Assembly: GCF_006345805.1 (NCBI RefSeq)
Contig: NC_043007.1
Span: forward strand, 2,666,001-2,730,000
Origin: Octopus sinensis
Taxonomy: Eukaryota
Length of the DNA stretch: 64,000 nt
Direction: 5' to 3'
Part shown: one piece after another, positions 13,625 to 26,537 of the stretch
How positions within the stretch are numbered: position 1 is the stretch's first letter
How the letters are laid out: every line of letters begins with the position of its first letter
Program-made: the position numbers and the translations under genes
The notes under the pieces: model-generated
Databases searched by the model: none
The model's input: the letters and a program-made list of their open reading frames with translations, nothing else
Told to the model about the DNA's origin: nothing

Positions 13625-14019
13625 CATATATATATATATATACACCACACACACACTTATACACACACACACACATACACACACACACACGCATATATAA
13701 ATGTGTATAAGATATGGGAAGTTTCGGTGAAACTAACCTAAACTAATAGGGATGCACCCTGAGTGCTCCAGTAGATAATCCACCAAAAATTAAATTCGTT
13801 TAATTCAATATAAAATAATAAAATAATACAAAACTGTTAAAGATAGTAGAGGTAGTACACATCTCTACTAGTTTTACCAGTTTTGAACTACTTTACTATT
13901 CTTAGATTGAATTAAACGATATTGAATGCATAGCCCTACATACATATGTGTATACACATGTATGTATATATGTGTGTGTGTGTGTGTGCGTGCTTGTGTT
14001 TGACCATGCATTTGTTATT

Positions 14020-14218
14020 TGTGTTTGTGTTTGTCCCAGACAATCGCATGCCAACCGATGTTGGTGTGTTTACGTCCTCGTCACTTAGCGGTTAGGCAAA
14101 AAGTGCCAGATAGAATAAGTACTTAGCTTACAAAGCATATGCCTTGGGTTGATTTGCTCGACTAAAGGCGGTGTTCCAGCATGGCCGCACTCAGATGACT
14201 GAAACATGCAAAAGAATA
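14020..14218 (+). mobile_element. 3' domain of the composite SINE
   Basis: ccgatgttggtgtgtttacgtcc...gatagaataagtact...ccagcatggccgcactcagatgactgaaac. Confidence 0.8.
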
Positions 14219-14249
14219 TGTCCCGCTGTCTGTCTATGTGTCTGTCCGT

Positions 14250-14548
<299 letters not shown>

Positions 14549-15124
14549 CATATACATACAGATATATGCATACGGGCATGTCCACACAGACCTTTTTAAT
14601 GATTCAAGATAGTGTTGTGTATGGATTTCATATACATTTATTCGCATTTAGTGCCATTGATGCATGTGAATAGTTTCACATGGGGCGTTTACGCTTAGAG
14701 TCCGAAAACTTTCCTCTCATATAAATGTTCTCTTCTCTTATTGTGTATGTGTATGTTTCTTGTTTCTGGTAAAGCTAAATAATCATTGTCCTAAAGACAC
14801 TCACTGAAGCAGAAATACATGTCATCCTCTTATCAGCAGACAATCAGAATACATTTTCCTCAATGGCAATGTTAATTCCTGAGAATTAATGATTCTTGAG
14901 TCTATTCCCACTCCTCATTAGATCTTCTTTCCCATTTGCCACGCGGCATATATTTACATGTCTCTCGAAGGGAGGATAATTTGAACGGAAGCAAGAACGT
15001 CTCTTAAATGCTACGATACGATGTGATATGAAGTGATATATATGTATACATGTATATATGTGTACATGCATGTGTATGTGGGTGGTGTGTATACATGTAT
15101 CTATGTATGCATGTACATGTGTGA

Positions 15125-15176
<52 letters not shown>

Positions 15177-15288
15177 ATATATATATATATATGTGTATGT
15201 ATACACACATACATACACACACACACACACACATATATGTATATGAATGAATGTATGTATGTATCTCTCTCTCTCTCTCTGTCTGTAA

Positions 15289-15321
<33 letters not shown>

Positions 15322-15444
15322 CATATACATACACACACACAAGCATATATATATATATATATGAATGAATGTATGTGTGTAAAAGTATGTATTTGTCTCT
15401 CTCTTTCTGTCTGTGTGTGTTTCTCTATTGCTTTGTGTCCATCT

Positions 15445-15488
<44 letters not shown>

Positions 15489-15919
15489 CTATGCATCTAG
15501 TTCCCCATTGTTACTGCACACATATGAAGTGGTTTTGTTAACTTCAGAAATAATGTGGCAAGGCGCCATATTTCCCCAATTTCTTTTATCAATGATATTC
15601 AGAATTGACATCAAAACTCTGGCGTCACCCATCAAACGCCATAAGAATGAGGAGCTGTGAATATCAATCAATCAGTCGCTGCATATGCTTTGGAGTTAAT
15701 TCGATTAACGTATTACTGCTGCGTTAACAGCATTTTGGCAAATACTGTATTACATTCCGGCAAATTTTTTTTCTCATGTTTCACGAAGCTATTGCATATA
15801 AAAACTAACTGTTTATAATTTACTGTTGCATAGAGTGTTGGTTAGCATTACAGCTTCACCCTGAGGAAAATATGAGAAAAATGTCTCTATTATCTCTCTA
15901 GTTATACGCTCATCCATTC

Positions 15920-15992
<73 letters not shown>

Positions 15993-16214
15993 ATTTGTGT
16001 GTTTGTGCGCGTGTGTCAACGGAGAGTGAGCCGAGTGGTTATCGTGTCGAACAAAATGTCTTACGTTATCTGTACCAATTCTTTGCAACTTGACTAGAAA
16101 ATTCAGCTCGAAATTTCTGTCAGGATTTGCAACCGTTTGTTAAGACCAGCAACTTGAAAATCCAACAGAAATAACGTGTTTTGTTCGATCAAAATATCTA
16201 CTGCCACTCTCTCA

Positions 16215-16315
<101 letters not shown>

Positions 16316-16966
16316 AGCTGAGTCTATCGTCAATATTGTCACGCCTCCTTCCTTCAAACGGGAAGGAAGAGCTATTTTCATCATCCTTGTGGCTATGGCG
16401 AAAGAATGTATCTGGTGGACGCGTCTGAAAGGATTGGTGACAAACACTTTCCTCTCTGGTCAATCTCTCATCAACTTCTTCAAGTACCACTGAAAAGGAA
16501 AGTGAGAGTAGAGAGGCAAGTTTTGTCTAGCGAATGTTTAAAAAAAGATGGGTGAATGTAGCAAGAATGGCACGTATGAATGACGAAGCCACCTGGCATA
16601 GTCCTATGAACCCAGAAATCGAAAACAGAGAGTTGCTTATTTGCAAAAAAAAAAAAAAAAAAAGAAATATAAAATGTGACTTCATTGACGAGGTTACCGT
16701 GGCTTTTCTTTCCACGGGTAAACCTCACCTGTCCTCCCCTTTACACTTCATATTGACATTTCTGTGATAACGATCCCTATTGATCAATTTTTTCTTCTCT
16801 CCCCCCTTTTTTTAACCCCCCCTTTTTGTCCTCTTTCTCTCTCTTTTACGATCCCTTTTGATCGAAACTCCTTCCTTTTTTTTTTTTTTTTTAAACCTTC
16901 AAAAGAAAAGCTCTACCTTGTAATTTGTTCTATCTGTGTGCAGCCCTGTGTGGCTAATAAAGAACA
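16316..16966 (+). mobile_element. 5'-truncated Tx1-clade LINE copy (ORF2 tail + 3' UTR) inside (TATC)n
   Basis: Near-identical to ~28570-29260; TATC arrays directly on both sides. Confidence 0.9.
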
Positions 16967-16985
16967 TATCTATCTATCTATCTAT

Positions 16986-17022
<37 letters not shown>

Positions 17023-17035
17023 ATATATATATATA

Positions 17036-17094
<59 letters not shown>

Positions 17095-17245
17095 AAACAC
17101 CTTTAATCAATTCAAAATGAACAATTAAATTACACCATCTAGAAAATTACATATAATAGAAATACTAGATTAGAATAACAATAATATACCGATTATTAAG
17201 TAAATTGCAAAATAATAATAAAAAACGTATAAAACGCCTGTCCAT

Positions 17246-17400
17246 CGCATCGTTACTCACTTTTGCCAGCTAAGTGGACTGGAGCAACGTGAAATGAAGG
17301 GTTTTGCTCAAGAACACAACGCGTCGCCCGGTCCAAGACTCGAAACCACGATCTTACGATCATGATACTGACACCCTAACCACTAAGCCACGCGCCTCCA
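17246..17400 (-). mobile_element. tRNA-derived SINE 5' part
   Basis: Minus strand tggaggcgcgtggcttagtggttagggtg...gtttcgagtc...tgttcttgagcaaaacccttcatttcacgttgctccagtccac. Confidence 0.8.
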
Positions 17401-19870
17401 CAAAAATCTTTATTACCTGAATGTATATTGAAGTTTTTCTTACTTCTACCTTTACACATGGTAATCGTTCCCATTATTTCGAGCTCAACGCTTTCTCTTT
17501 TTTATATCAGACATATGTTTGTACTTGTTTGGATGCTATTTAATCTCGTCAAGATGTTCTTTCATATTTGTGTCACAAATGGGGCGTATGAGAATTCGAC
17601 CACAAATCCAACCGACGGCAATTTTACACTTTTGCATTCACTCAAAATGTGTTTTCATTCTAGCAGTTTATGAGCAAGCAGCACACATTCAAACAAGCAT
17701 GGACGCAATGCTTTGGTGGTGCGGTTAGTGTGGTATACATACAATCGTCCCGTACAAGTGACGTTTCATGCATGGAAGACCATTTCTTGAAAATGTAATA
17801 CAACGATAGACTGCGCAGACCAGATTATCTCCTGTAGAGTTAGTTATTCTCCAAACGATTGGTTCTAACGTTGTGAAGTTGTAAGTGAAAATAGTGATTG
17901 TATTTTTCGGGATGCGAATGCTGTCGCGTTTTTATAAAGATTGAAATAATTCCCAGTAGAAGAGAAAATATCAAGATATTTTTTATGAAAGTTAGTAGTT
18001 TTACATTGCGACTTCTAAGTGCAACGCCAATACGATCGTACAATTATGCTAGAATAAAAGAGTAACGGACAGAGTGAACGACTATTGAAAAGGTTGTAAG
18101 ACGCAACGAAAATTTTAGAAAAATAAAAAAGAAATAAGTGGAAAATTTACTGGTGAGTGTGTATATTATAAGGCACCAAAAGAGAATGGTTCTCCCCAGA
18201 CACAACAAAATAAAAGACGTTTTCGTAAAATTATTGTAGAGTGGCGAGTCAAGCCGAGAAAAAGTGTTTGTGAGCATTCTGAAGGCACTAAACATTGGGG
18301 AGTTACAGATGTGTTATCGAGTAGTAATGAAAGGCATGATGTCTGTGTAAGTTGATGGAGCCAGTTTTGCCAACGTGTATAAATGAATATTAGATGATGG
18401 TCACGGTTTAATTATACCAGTTAAACGTAACGTTTCCCTTATCTTTATCTTTAAGATTCAATCCCATCAGGCATTATAGTTCAAACTTTAGTTGTTCAAG
18501 GGGTTTTTTTTTAATTGATATGCCAAGGAAAGACGTTTAGAACACAATCATTTAATTCTACTGGGCCAATGCTACTGTCCATTCGATTTCAACGTCAGCC
18601 AATTCAGAATCCTTTTTAAATGAGGTCAAGAGCTGACCTGATATGACAAAATGTGTATTATAACAGTAGTAAAGCCAATTAAGTAATGGGCAGATAACCC
18701 CGTGACTAAAGGAAAAGTGTATTGAATATAACTGAGTTTGAAGCACTGAAAAAATACACATTTCAGTGAAGAATATTTGATATATATATAGTAAGGGATG
18801 CATATTACATATAATAGTAAACTATTCGACATCTGCATATATTTGAAATTTTATATGCAGTAACAAAGCAGATTTTAGGACATGCAATGCGTATTTATTG
18901 TTTAATAGAAAACATCCTTTAACAAATTATGCAGTCTGTATAACAATATTCTGATGCACATTTGTAAATATCGATTATGCACGTGTACGCTCAACAATAT
19001 ATGTTATCAATAAAGTTTCTGTTAGATGGAATAAACATGTTTCATTGATGTTGATACTCTATATGAAGACTATTATTTTGTCTTAAATCTGAACTACAGA
19101 GTTCAGCATCAGTATCGACTTTTATAAAATTACTCATTTCTGCTTACAATTTTTTTAAGGAAATTTCTTTCTTACATTCTGCCTGGGCATAAACATATTT
19201 GTGTGTTTTTAATGGCTTTTAAACACCTTCCACGCTGAAATTGTTTTCGTTGCAGCACAAGATCTCAGATCAGGTTACTTGCTATGCAAGTACATCTTTA
19301 TAAACATATTGTTAATTCGAATTTATTGATTAACTATTCTGAAAAACTGTCTGTAGAAATACATCTTAAATACTTGATTGACTAAGTTTCTTCGAACGGA
19401 TCCTTGACATACGACCATAAGTCATTGGATTTGATCCTTGAACGAAACATTTCGTTTTACATTGCTTTAGTCCACTTAGGTTCAATGAGTACCGGCTGTG
19501 TCCTTATTCAGCACAGTTACCCTCAAGCCGTTAGATCTTCTACACTTAGCAGGGTCAAGTTTAGGAGGGTAAAAATCTGTCTCTGGTAGCATAAACCATC
19601 CTCATCTTGTTGAGCCCGTCTGCTCTATCAGACTGTCATATTTTCCGATCACTACTGATTTACATGGCAAACATTTACTAATTATGAAGAGGTTAAAAAT
19701 GATGAAGACGTTTTACAGACAAGAAATAAATAGAATGCTTGATAATTGGTATTCTTATCAACAATGAGAGTAAATAATATCTTGAGTAAATACATCAATC
19801 CAGACCCAAAAGAGTTTTAGTTCTTTTTAGATTTTCAAACGTGACAGAATTTTCTTTCCAACAATATATA

Positions 19871-19936
<66 letters not shown>

Positions 19937-20136
19937 GTGTGTGTGTATGTGTGTGTTTGTGTGTGTGCGTGTGCATATGTATGTGAGTGTCCAGAAAGAA
20001 AAACAGAGAGAGAGAGAAAGATACATATCTATACCCATCTATCATTCTATCTATCTATCAATCTATCTATGTATCAATGTATGCATATATTTATACACAT
20101 GTATGTGTGTCCCTGTGTGTGTGCATATATGTATAT

Positions 20137-20186
<50 letters not shown>

Positions 20187-20192
20187 ATATAT

Positions 20193-20238
<46 letters not shown>

Positions 20239-20587
20239 TAAGTGTGTGCGCCTGCTGCGTGTTTGTGCGTTTGTAGGGAAAAGAGGAACCGACAGCTAGA
20301 GACAGGGAGGTTGACAGACCCAAAGTCATAGAGATAATGCGAAGAGAAAAAGTAAAACTAAGCATGCAGATGTTTACTAAAATATTAAATATTAAAACCG
20401 AAACTTTCATATTGGACTTATGTGTGTGTGTATCTCTTTCCTTCTCTTTCTGTCTCTCTCCATATACATACCACACACACACACACACACCACACATATA
20501 TATATTATATATATATATATATATACGCCATGATAGATCGTTAGCTCCTACACGCATTTTTTCTCTCCTTGTTTTTTTTTCTGTGTA

Positions 20588-20625
20588 TCTTTCCGTCGAA
20601 GAGCGTAGGCTCGAAACGTAAAAGA
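20588..20625 (+). ncRNA. Minimal type I hammerhead-ribozyme-like motif (variant core), Penelope pseudo-LTR type
   Basis: tcttt-CCGTCGA-a-gagc(gtag)gctc-GAAA-CGTA-aaaga: stem I, stem II and palindromic ACGT stem III are present; the core deviates from CUGANGA at two positions. Confidence 0.45.
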
Positions 20626-20718
20626 CTTTTTCTATTTCTATCCCTGAGCGCTATACTAATACATTTGTTTGTACTCCACCTGCCTTCGTCTTTTGTTTAT
20701 TTTCGTAAACTTTCCCTT

Positions 20719-20754
<36 letters not shown>

Positions 20755-20755
20755 G

Positions 20756-20790
<35 letters not shown>

Positions 20791-21031
20791 CGCGTGTGTG
20801 TGTGTGTATGTGTGTGTTTGTGTGTGTGCGTGTGCATATGTATGTGAGTGTCCAGAAAGAAAAACAGAGAGAGAGAGAAAGATACATATCTATACCCATC
20901 TATCATTCTTCTATCTATCAATCTATCTATGTATCAATGTATGCATATATTTATACACATGTATGTGTGTCCCTGTGTGTGTGCATATATGTATATATAC
21001 ATACATATATTATATAATATATATATATATC

Positions 21032-21063
<32 letters not shown>

Positions 21064-21372
21064 CTATATATATATATATAGATATATATATATATATATT
21101 ATATATATATATATATATATATGAATAAGTGTGTGCGCCTGCTGCGTGTTTGTGCGTTTGTAGGGAAAAGAGGAACCGACAGCTAGAGACAGGGAGGTTG
21201 ACAGACCCAAAGTCATAGAGATAATGCGAAAGAGAAAAAGTAAAACTAAGCATGCAGATGTTTACTAAAATATTAAATATTAAAACCGAAACTTTCATAT
21301 TGTGACTTATGTGTGTGTGTATCTCTTTCCTTCTCTTTCTGTCTCTCTCCATATACATACACACACACACAC

Positions 21373-21415
<43 letters not shown>

Positions 21416-21477
21416 GCCATGATAGATCGTTAGCTCCTACACGCATTTTTTTCTCTCCTTGTTTTTTTTTCTGTGTA

Positions 21478-21515
21478 TCTTTCCGTCGAAGAGCGTAGGC
21501 TCGAAACGTAAAAGA
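21478..21515 (+). ncRNA. Second copy of the hammerhead-like motif (in the duplicated unit)
   Basis: Identical to 20588-20625. Confidence 0.45.
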
Positions 21516-21608
21516 CTTTTTCTATTTCTATCCCTGAGCGCTATACTAATACATTTGTTTGTACTCCACCTGCCTTCGTCTTTTGTTTATTTTCGTAAAC
21601 TTTCCCTT

Positions 21609-21658
<50 letters not shown>

Positions 21659-21661
21659 GAG

Positions 21662-21742
<81 letters not shown>

Positions 21743-22959
21743 TGTCTGTATGTATGCGTGTCTGTTTGTCTTCATGTGTGTATGTGTCTGTGTGTGTGTG
21801 AGTGTGTATTCATATATATATCTACGTAGTTATTGAGTATAAAATATACTCGGGTATCTTTGAAATATACATATATTGATTATTCGAGTATTCTGTGTAT
21901 AGTTGTGCATGTGTGTAATTATATGGTTGTTGTCTGTGTAGTTTATTAAATGATATACAAATGAGATTTCGTGATAATAAAAGACAGATTGGATTTATCG
22001 TATCATCCTATAGAATGTGCTGCATGTTCTGAATAGGAAAATTATTGAAAATAAAGAGAGTGATTTTGACATCATTCATCTTGAATTTGAAAAGCATCGC
22101 TTTGTAAAATATGTCGCTACTTAATACAACGAAAATTAAAAAAATAATAATAAATGTATAAAAATAAACAGATAAATGAAACGAATACGAAAGCGGCAAT
22201 ATTAAATCCAACAAAGCTAAACAAGTGTTTATATTAAAAGTAGATGCCGGACTCTCGAGGGAGAGATATCATATCAGGAACGTAGTAACTAATATCAATG
22301 AGCATTAATAAGATATTTATAGCCTGGCTCTGATGGAATTTCATATTGTCTTTCATTGTTGTTGCTTTTTTACTGATGGACATAACATGAATGTATAATT
22401 ATTGGGTGACTTTATGAAGCATATGGAATCTATGCAAATCGATCGGCGGGTAGTAATGATATATTTCATATCATCAAACTGAAACTGTCCATTCATTTAT
22501 TTTTATTTATTTGTGTATTTATTTATTTATTTATTTATTTATTTATCGTATAAAATTTCATATTTGATGCAAAAGTAAAACAAAGCAAACTTGTAGAAGA
22601 AAACCATTATGTCTTGCTGCCAGAAATTTCTGTATTTGAAATCAGCATGAGTAAAATCGTGTCCGATAAATGACCGTCGGTCGTATTTGACCAGCGTTTT
22701 TCTGATAATTAATTATTGAACTTTGAGATATGAAACGTAAAATGATTAGGACAGGATATTTTGCTTCTACTTGCTGAGTCTGGAGAATAACTGAAATGCA
22801 TCTAAACGTTGCAGGCTCAGAGAAACTATGCGCTTTTATATCGTTAATGTTCGGCTTAAACTGTTACTGCTGAACACCTTCAAAATCAAAGAGTAGGGAG
22901 AAGAGTTTAATAGGAGGCTGTCCCAGAGGATAGGGTTTGGTTATTATAGTTAGTGCTTT

Positions 22960-23184
22960 AAGGCGGCGAGATGGCAGAAACGTTAGCACGCCGGGCGAAA
23001 TGCGTAGCCGTATTTCGTCTGCCGTTACGTTCTGAGTTAAAATTCCCCCGAGGTCGACTTTGCCTTTCATCCTTTCGGGGTCGATGAATTAAGTACCAGT
23101 TACGCACTGGGGTCGATGTAATCGACTTAGTCCCTTTTTTCTTCTTTGTTTGTCCCCTAGCTCCTTGTAGGTAGTAAAAAAATA
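22960..23184 (+). mobile_element. tRNA-derived SINE (family with gcctttcatcctttcggggtcgat block), 18-bp TSD
   Basis: Head aggcggcgagatggcagaaacgttagcacgccgggcg; TSD tattatagttagtgcttt at 22942-22959 and 23185-23202. Confidence 0.9.
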
Positions 23185-24179
23185 TATTATAGTTAGTGCT
23201 TTGGATTCAACAAGATTGCAGGGATGACAAGAACCAGAAACGTGTGTGAATCGAGGGTGTTTGAGTGGTGAAGGTACGAAACCAGTCAGCGTCAATAAAC
23301 AGGGTCCAATACTTGTTGCGTTAGAAAAGACAGAGAGAAGAAACCGCATAACGGTGGGCGAGAGGCTGAAGCATATACGTTAATGATTGAATGTCAGTCA
23401 GTCATGCAATCCTTTTCTAGGTGCTGTCCAAGTTATTTGTGTGCGGTTCAGCAGAACCGGATAAGAAGAGAGTTGAACCCCATTGTAGGCCTTATCAGAA
23501 TCTTGCAAAGTGTTAGCAGCTATTGGCGCTGAATTATTTTGTGGCCTTGAAGGAAGGGGCCAGTCTGTACGATGCAGTCTTAGCTATGTTAATGTTGCGA
23601 ACTCTAATCGCAGAGCATAAAGGAAAGGCAATTTCAAAAAGCGATTCTCCTGTTTTTGTCGTCTTGCAGGCACCATGTACCTATAAAATAAATGTCTTAT
23701 GAAGAACCGAGGTGTCATGTATCTGTACAGAGAAATCATAATTAATTCCTCAAGTTTTGGTCTTACATTTTCAGCTGCGCAATTTCTATTGTATTCATCC
23801 TTTCTTTCCGTGTTACATGCTTATTCTACTTATCGTTGCTCTCTTATTACTCTTCTCCTTCCTCTCCAACCACTTTGCTCGTAATAACTCACAGCGTTGT
23901 AAATTTTATTCTCATACATTCCCTTTTCTCGATCTTTCTCACTCTATAAAATACGCACACACACACAAAAAAAACATACATACATATAAGGTCTAAACAT
24001 ACACAAATGTGTATATATATATTTGCTTTTATCTTTAAGATTTATTTAAGTTTTTCTTAAATAATGCAGTTCAAGACGGTGGCTAACAAAGCGACAAGAC
24101 TTTTTAAGTTAATAGAGTTGTGAATATGAAGTTGAGTTGGTGTGTTGGCTGGAATGTCTAGGTACACTGCCAAGACAGA

Positions 24180-24640
24180 AAATATTTGCAATATCTTACA
24201 ACACTTCACTGTCTGCCAATAATAGATTAGATTTGAAGGATCCGCGTCAGTTTCTTTGAAAAATCTAGCATTTTTAGATCTCCGAGTAAAGTTGTATGTA
24301 CATAGTTTAATGGACCTCTTATGATAATTATAAATGATTATTTGCAATCAAGATACAAGGCTGTGAGTTAAGCATCAATTCACCATTAATTCCTGGACTT
24401 TTGACTGTACATTCACATCTGTTGGGCAGCGGATCCCTACATGTAGTGCATGGTGTGTTTCCTGTGCTATATCAGAACAATATCAGGCCTGTAGTGATTG
24501 CATTGAATGGTATTATAGTCTTCAGAACTATATCATCCCTCAAGGTCAGGAGGTGTCTCGTAGAAATTTGGGAGCAGCCGCTGATGGTGTGATTGATATC
24601 TTCTACAGTGTTATTAGGTAATGAACCAGTAATTCATTGG
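24180..24640 (-). mobile_element. Highly decayed R4/Dong-like (RLE) LINE 3' fragment
   Basis: Manual minus-strand translation across frameshifts gives EDINHTISGCSQ..., RPDIVL, GPLNYV...LGDLKMLDFS, IG.VKCCKIL, in the order zinc knuckle, PD-(D/E)XK nuclease, C-terminus. Confidence 0.55.
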
Positions 24641-24837
24641 ATATACTACACCTTAATGAGGCTAATTTAAACTCTCATTCAATTTATACACACACACGCA
24701 CACGCACACACATATATATACATGTGTACAAGGTGTGTGTGTGTGTGTGTAATTAATGTGCTAGTCATATTTTAGGCTTGTTATTCATTGCTCTTCTTAC
24801 TTAATTATTATTTATTTAATTACTATCTATTTTGTGA

Positions 24838-25110
24838 AAGCGCATGGCTCAGTGGTTAGAGCGCCGAGATCACAATCGTGGACCGGGCTGTGTATTGTGC
24901 TTTTGAGTTTTTTTCACTTTACTCCAGTTACCCCAGGTGTAGGAATGAATTGTGACGTCACTGTTGCCAAGCTGTATCGGCCCCTTTGCCTTTCCCGTCG
25001 GTAACATCGGTATATGCATATGTGACTGCTGGTCTTCCATAAACAATATTGCCCAGTGCTTCGGACGGTAACTTTCTAGGTGCAATCCCATGGTCCTTCC
25101 TGACCGGCGG
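24838..25110 (+). mobile_element. tRNA-derived SINE with internal deletions
   Basis: gcgcatggctcagtggttagagcg head; ...gtgacgtcactgttgccaagctgtatcggcc...ctttctaggtgcaatcccatggtc tail. Confidence 0.75.
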
Positions 25111-26003
25111 AGGTTCTCTCTCTATTATATATTTTATCTTTGTCTTTAGCTTTCATATTTTCCCTCACCTCCTCGTCAAAGACACATTGAAAAAAATACT
25201 TGCAGCAATGATTTCAACTGGAATTACTCAGCCGTTTAACATATATTTAAATATTATTGGTTTAATGCAAAGAAGCTTTGAGTGTTAAGAATACGTCGTA
25301 TCTGTTGCCCCGCCCTAAAGAAAGTTAACTTTAAAATGCAAATAAAGAAATAACAGATTTTGCAAGTAACTGATTGCTAATGTTCGTTTTATGCTTGTTT
25401 ACATTTGATCTTAGACATTGTATTCTAGTTAAATTTCTGTGTAATCCACTGATCTCTGAAACGTAGATATTACACATTCGATGTAACAGAGTAAATGATA
25501 CGCAAGAGGATTTAATAGTTGCGTAGGAATTGAGTATGCATTTCTCTGTAGGCACTGTGTTCTAAGTTTGTGTTACATATTCAATATCATCCATCTGCTA
25601 TACATTTATCAGAAGTACTTAAGTGATAAAAAGCAATATGGCATATTGCACTTCCAGTTCTTAGGAACATACTTAAAGCAGATTCTCTCGAGGTTAAAAT
25701 ATTATTATAGAAAAGGAAATTTATTTAAAGAGAGAAGATAATCTATACCCAACACAAGTAATCTAATTGAACTACTTAATGCGAAGCGCCTTACACAAGC
25801 TATGTTAAGGTCAAAATAAGATAAAATCAAATATATTCAGATTAAATATGTCTCGAAGAAAAATGAAAATTGTTGAACTTTTGGTAAAAGAAAAACCTAA
25901 TCTAATCGAAGAGTTTGTCATTGATACGCGAGTCATACTTTAATAGTTAAAATTCCTCTCTGGATATTGGTGGTGCCAAAATGATTGAAACATCAACAAT
26001 TAT

Positions 26004-26167
26004 AGGGACATGTGCTGTTGTGTGGTTAGCGGTTTGCTCCCCAGCTGCATGGTTCCACGTTCGGTCCTACTGCACGGTAGGTCGGACAAGTGTCTTCTAC
26101 TATAGTCTGTCTCTGGCCGGCCAAATACTTGCGAGTGGATATGGGAGACGGGAACCAGAAGCCCGTC
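26004..26167 (+). mobile_element. CORE-type SINE head running into the TATC array that hosts the Tx1
   Basis: gtgtggttagcgg...atggttccacgttcggtcc...caagtgtcttctactatag...cagaagcccgtc. Confidence 0.75.

Positions 26168-26537
<370 letters not shown>

Larger units (their letters stand above)
19862..21655. repeat. Head-to-tail tandem duplication, unit ~0.86-0.89 kb, bounded by (TA)n
   Basis: ccagaaagaaaaacagagag at 19991 and 20852; motif offset 890 near the unit ends; differences are 1-nt indels and microsatellite length. Confidence 0.95.

Noticed and set aside
17246-17400. tRNA genes at SINE heads (also 4818, 24838, 37363)
   Set aside because: A/B boxes are present but there is no complete cloverleaf and each continues into SINE body
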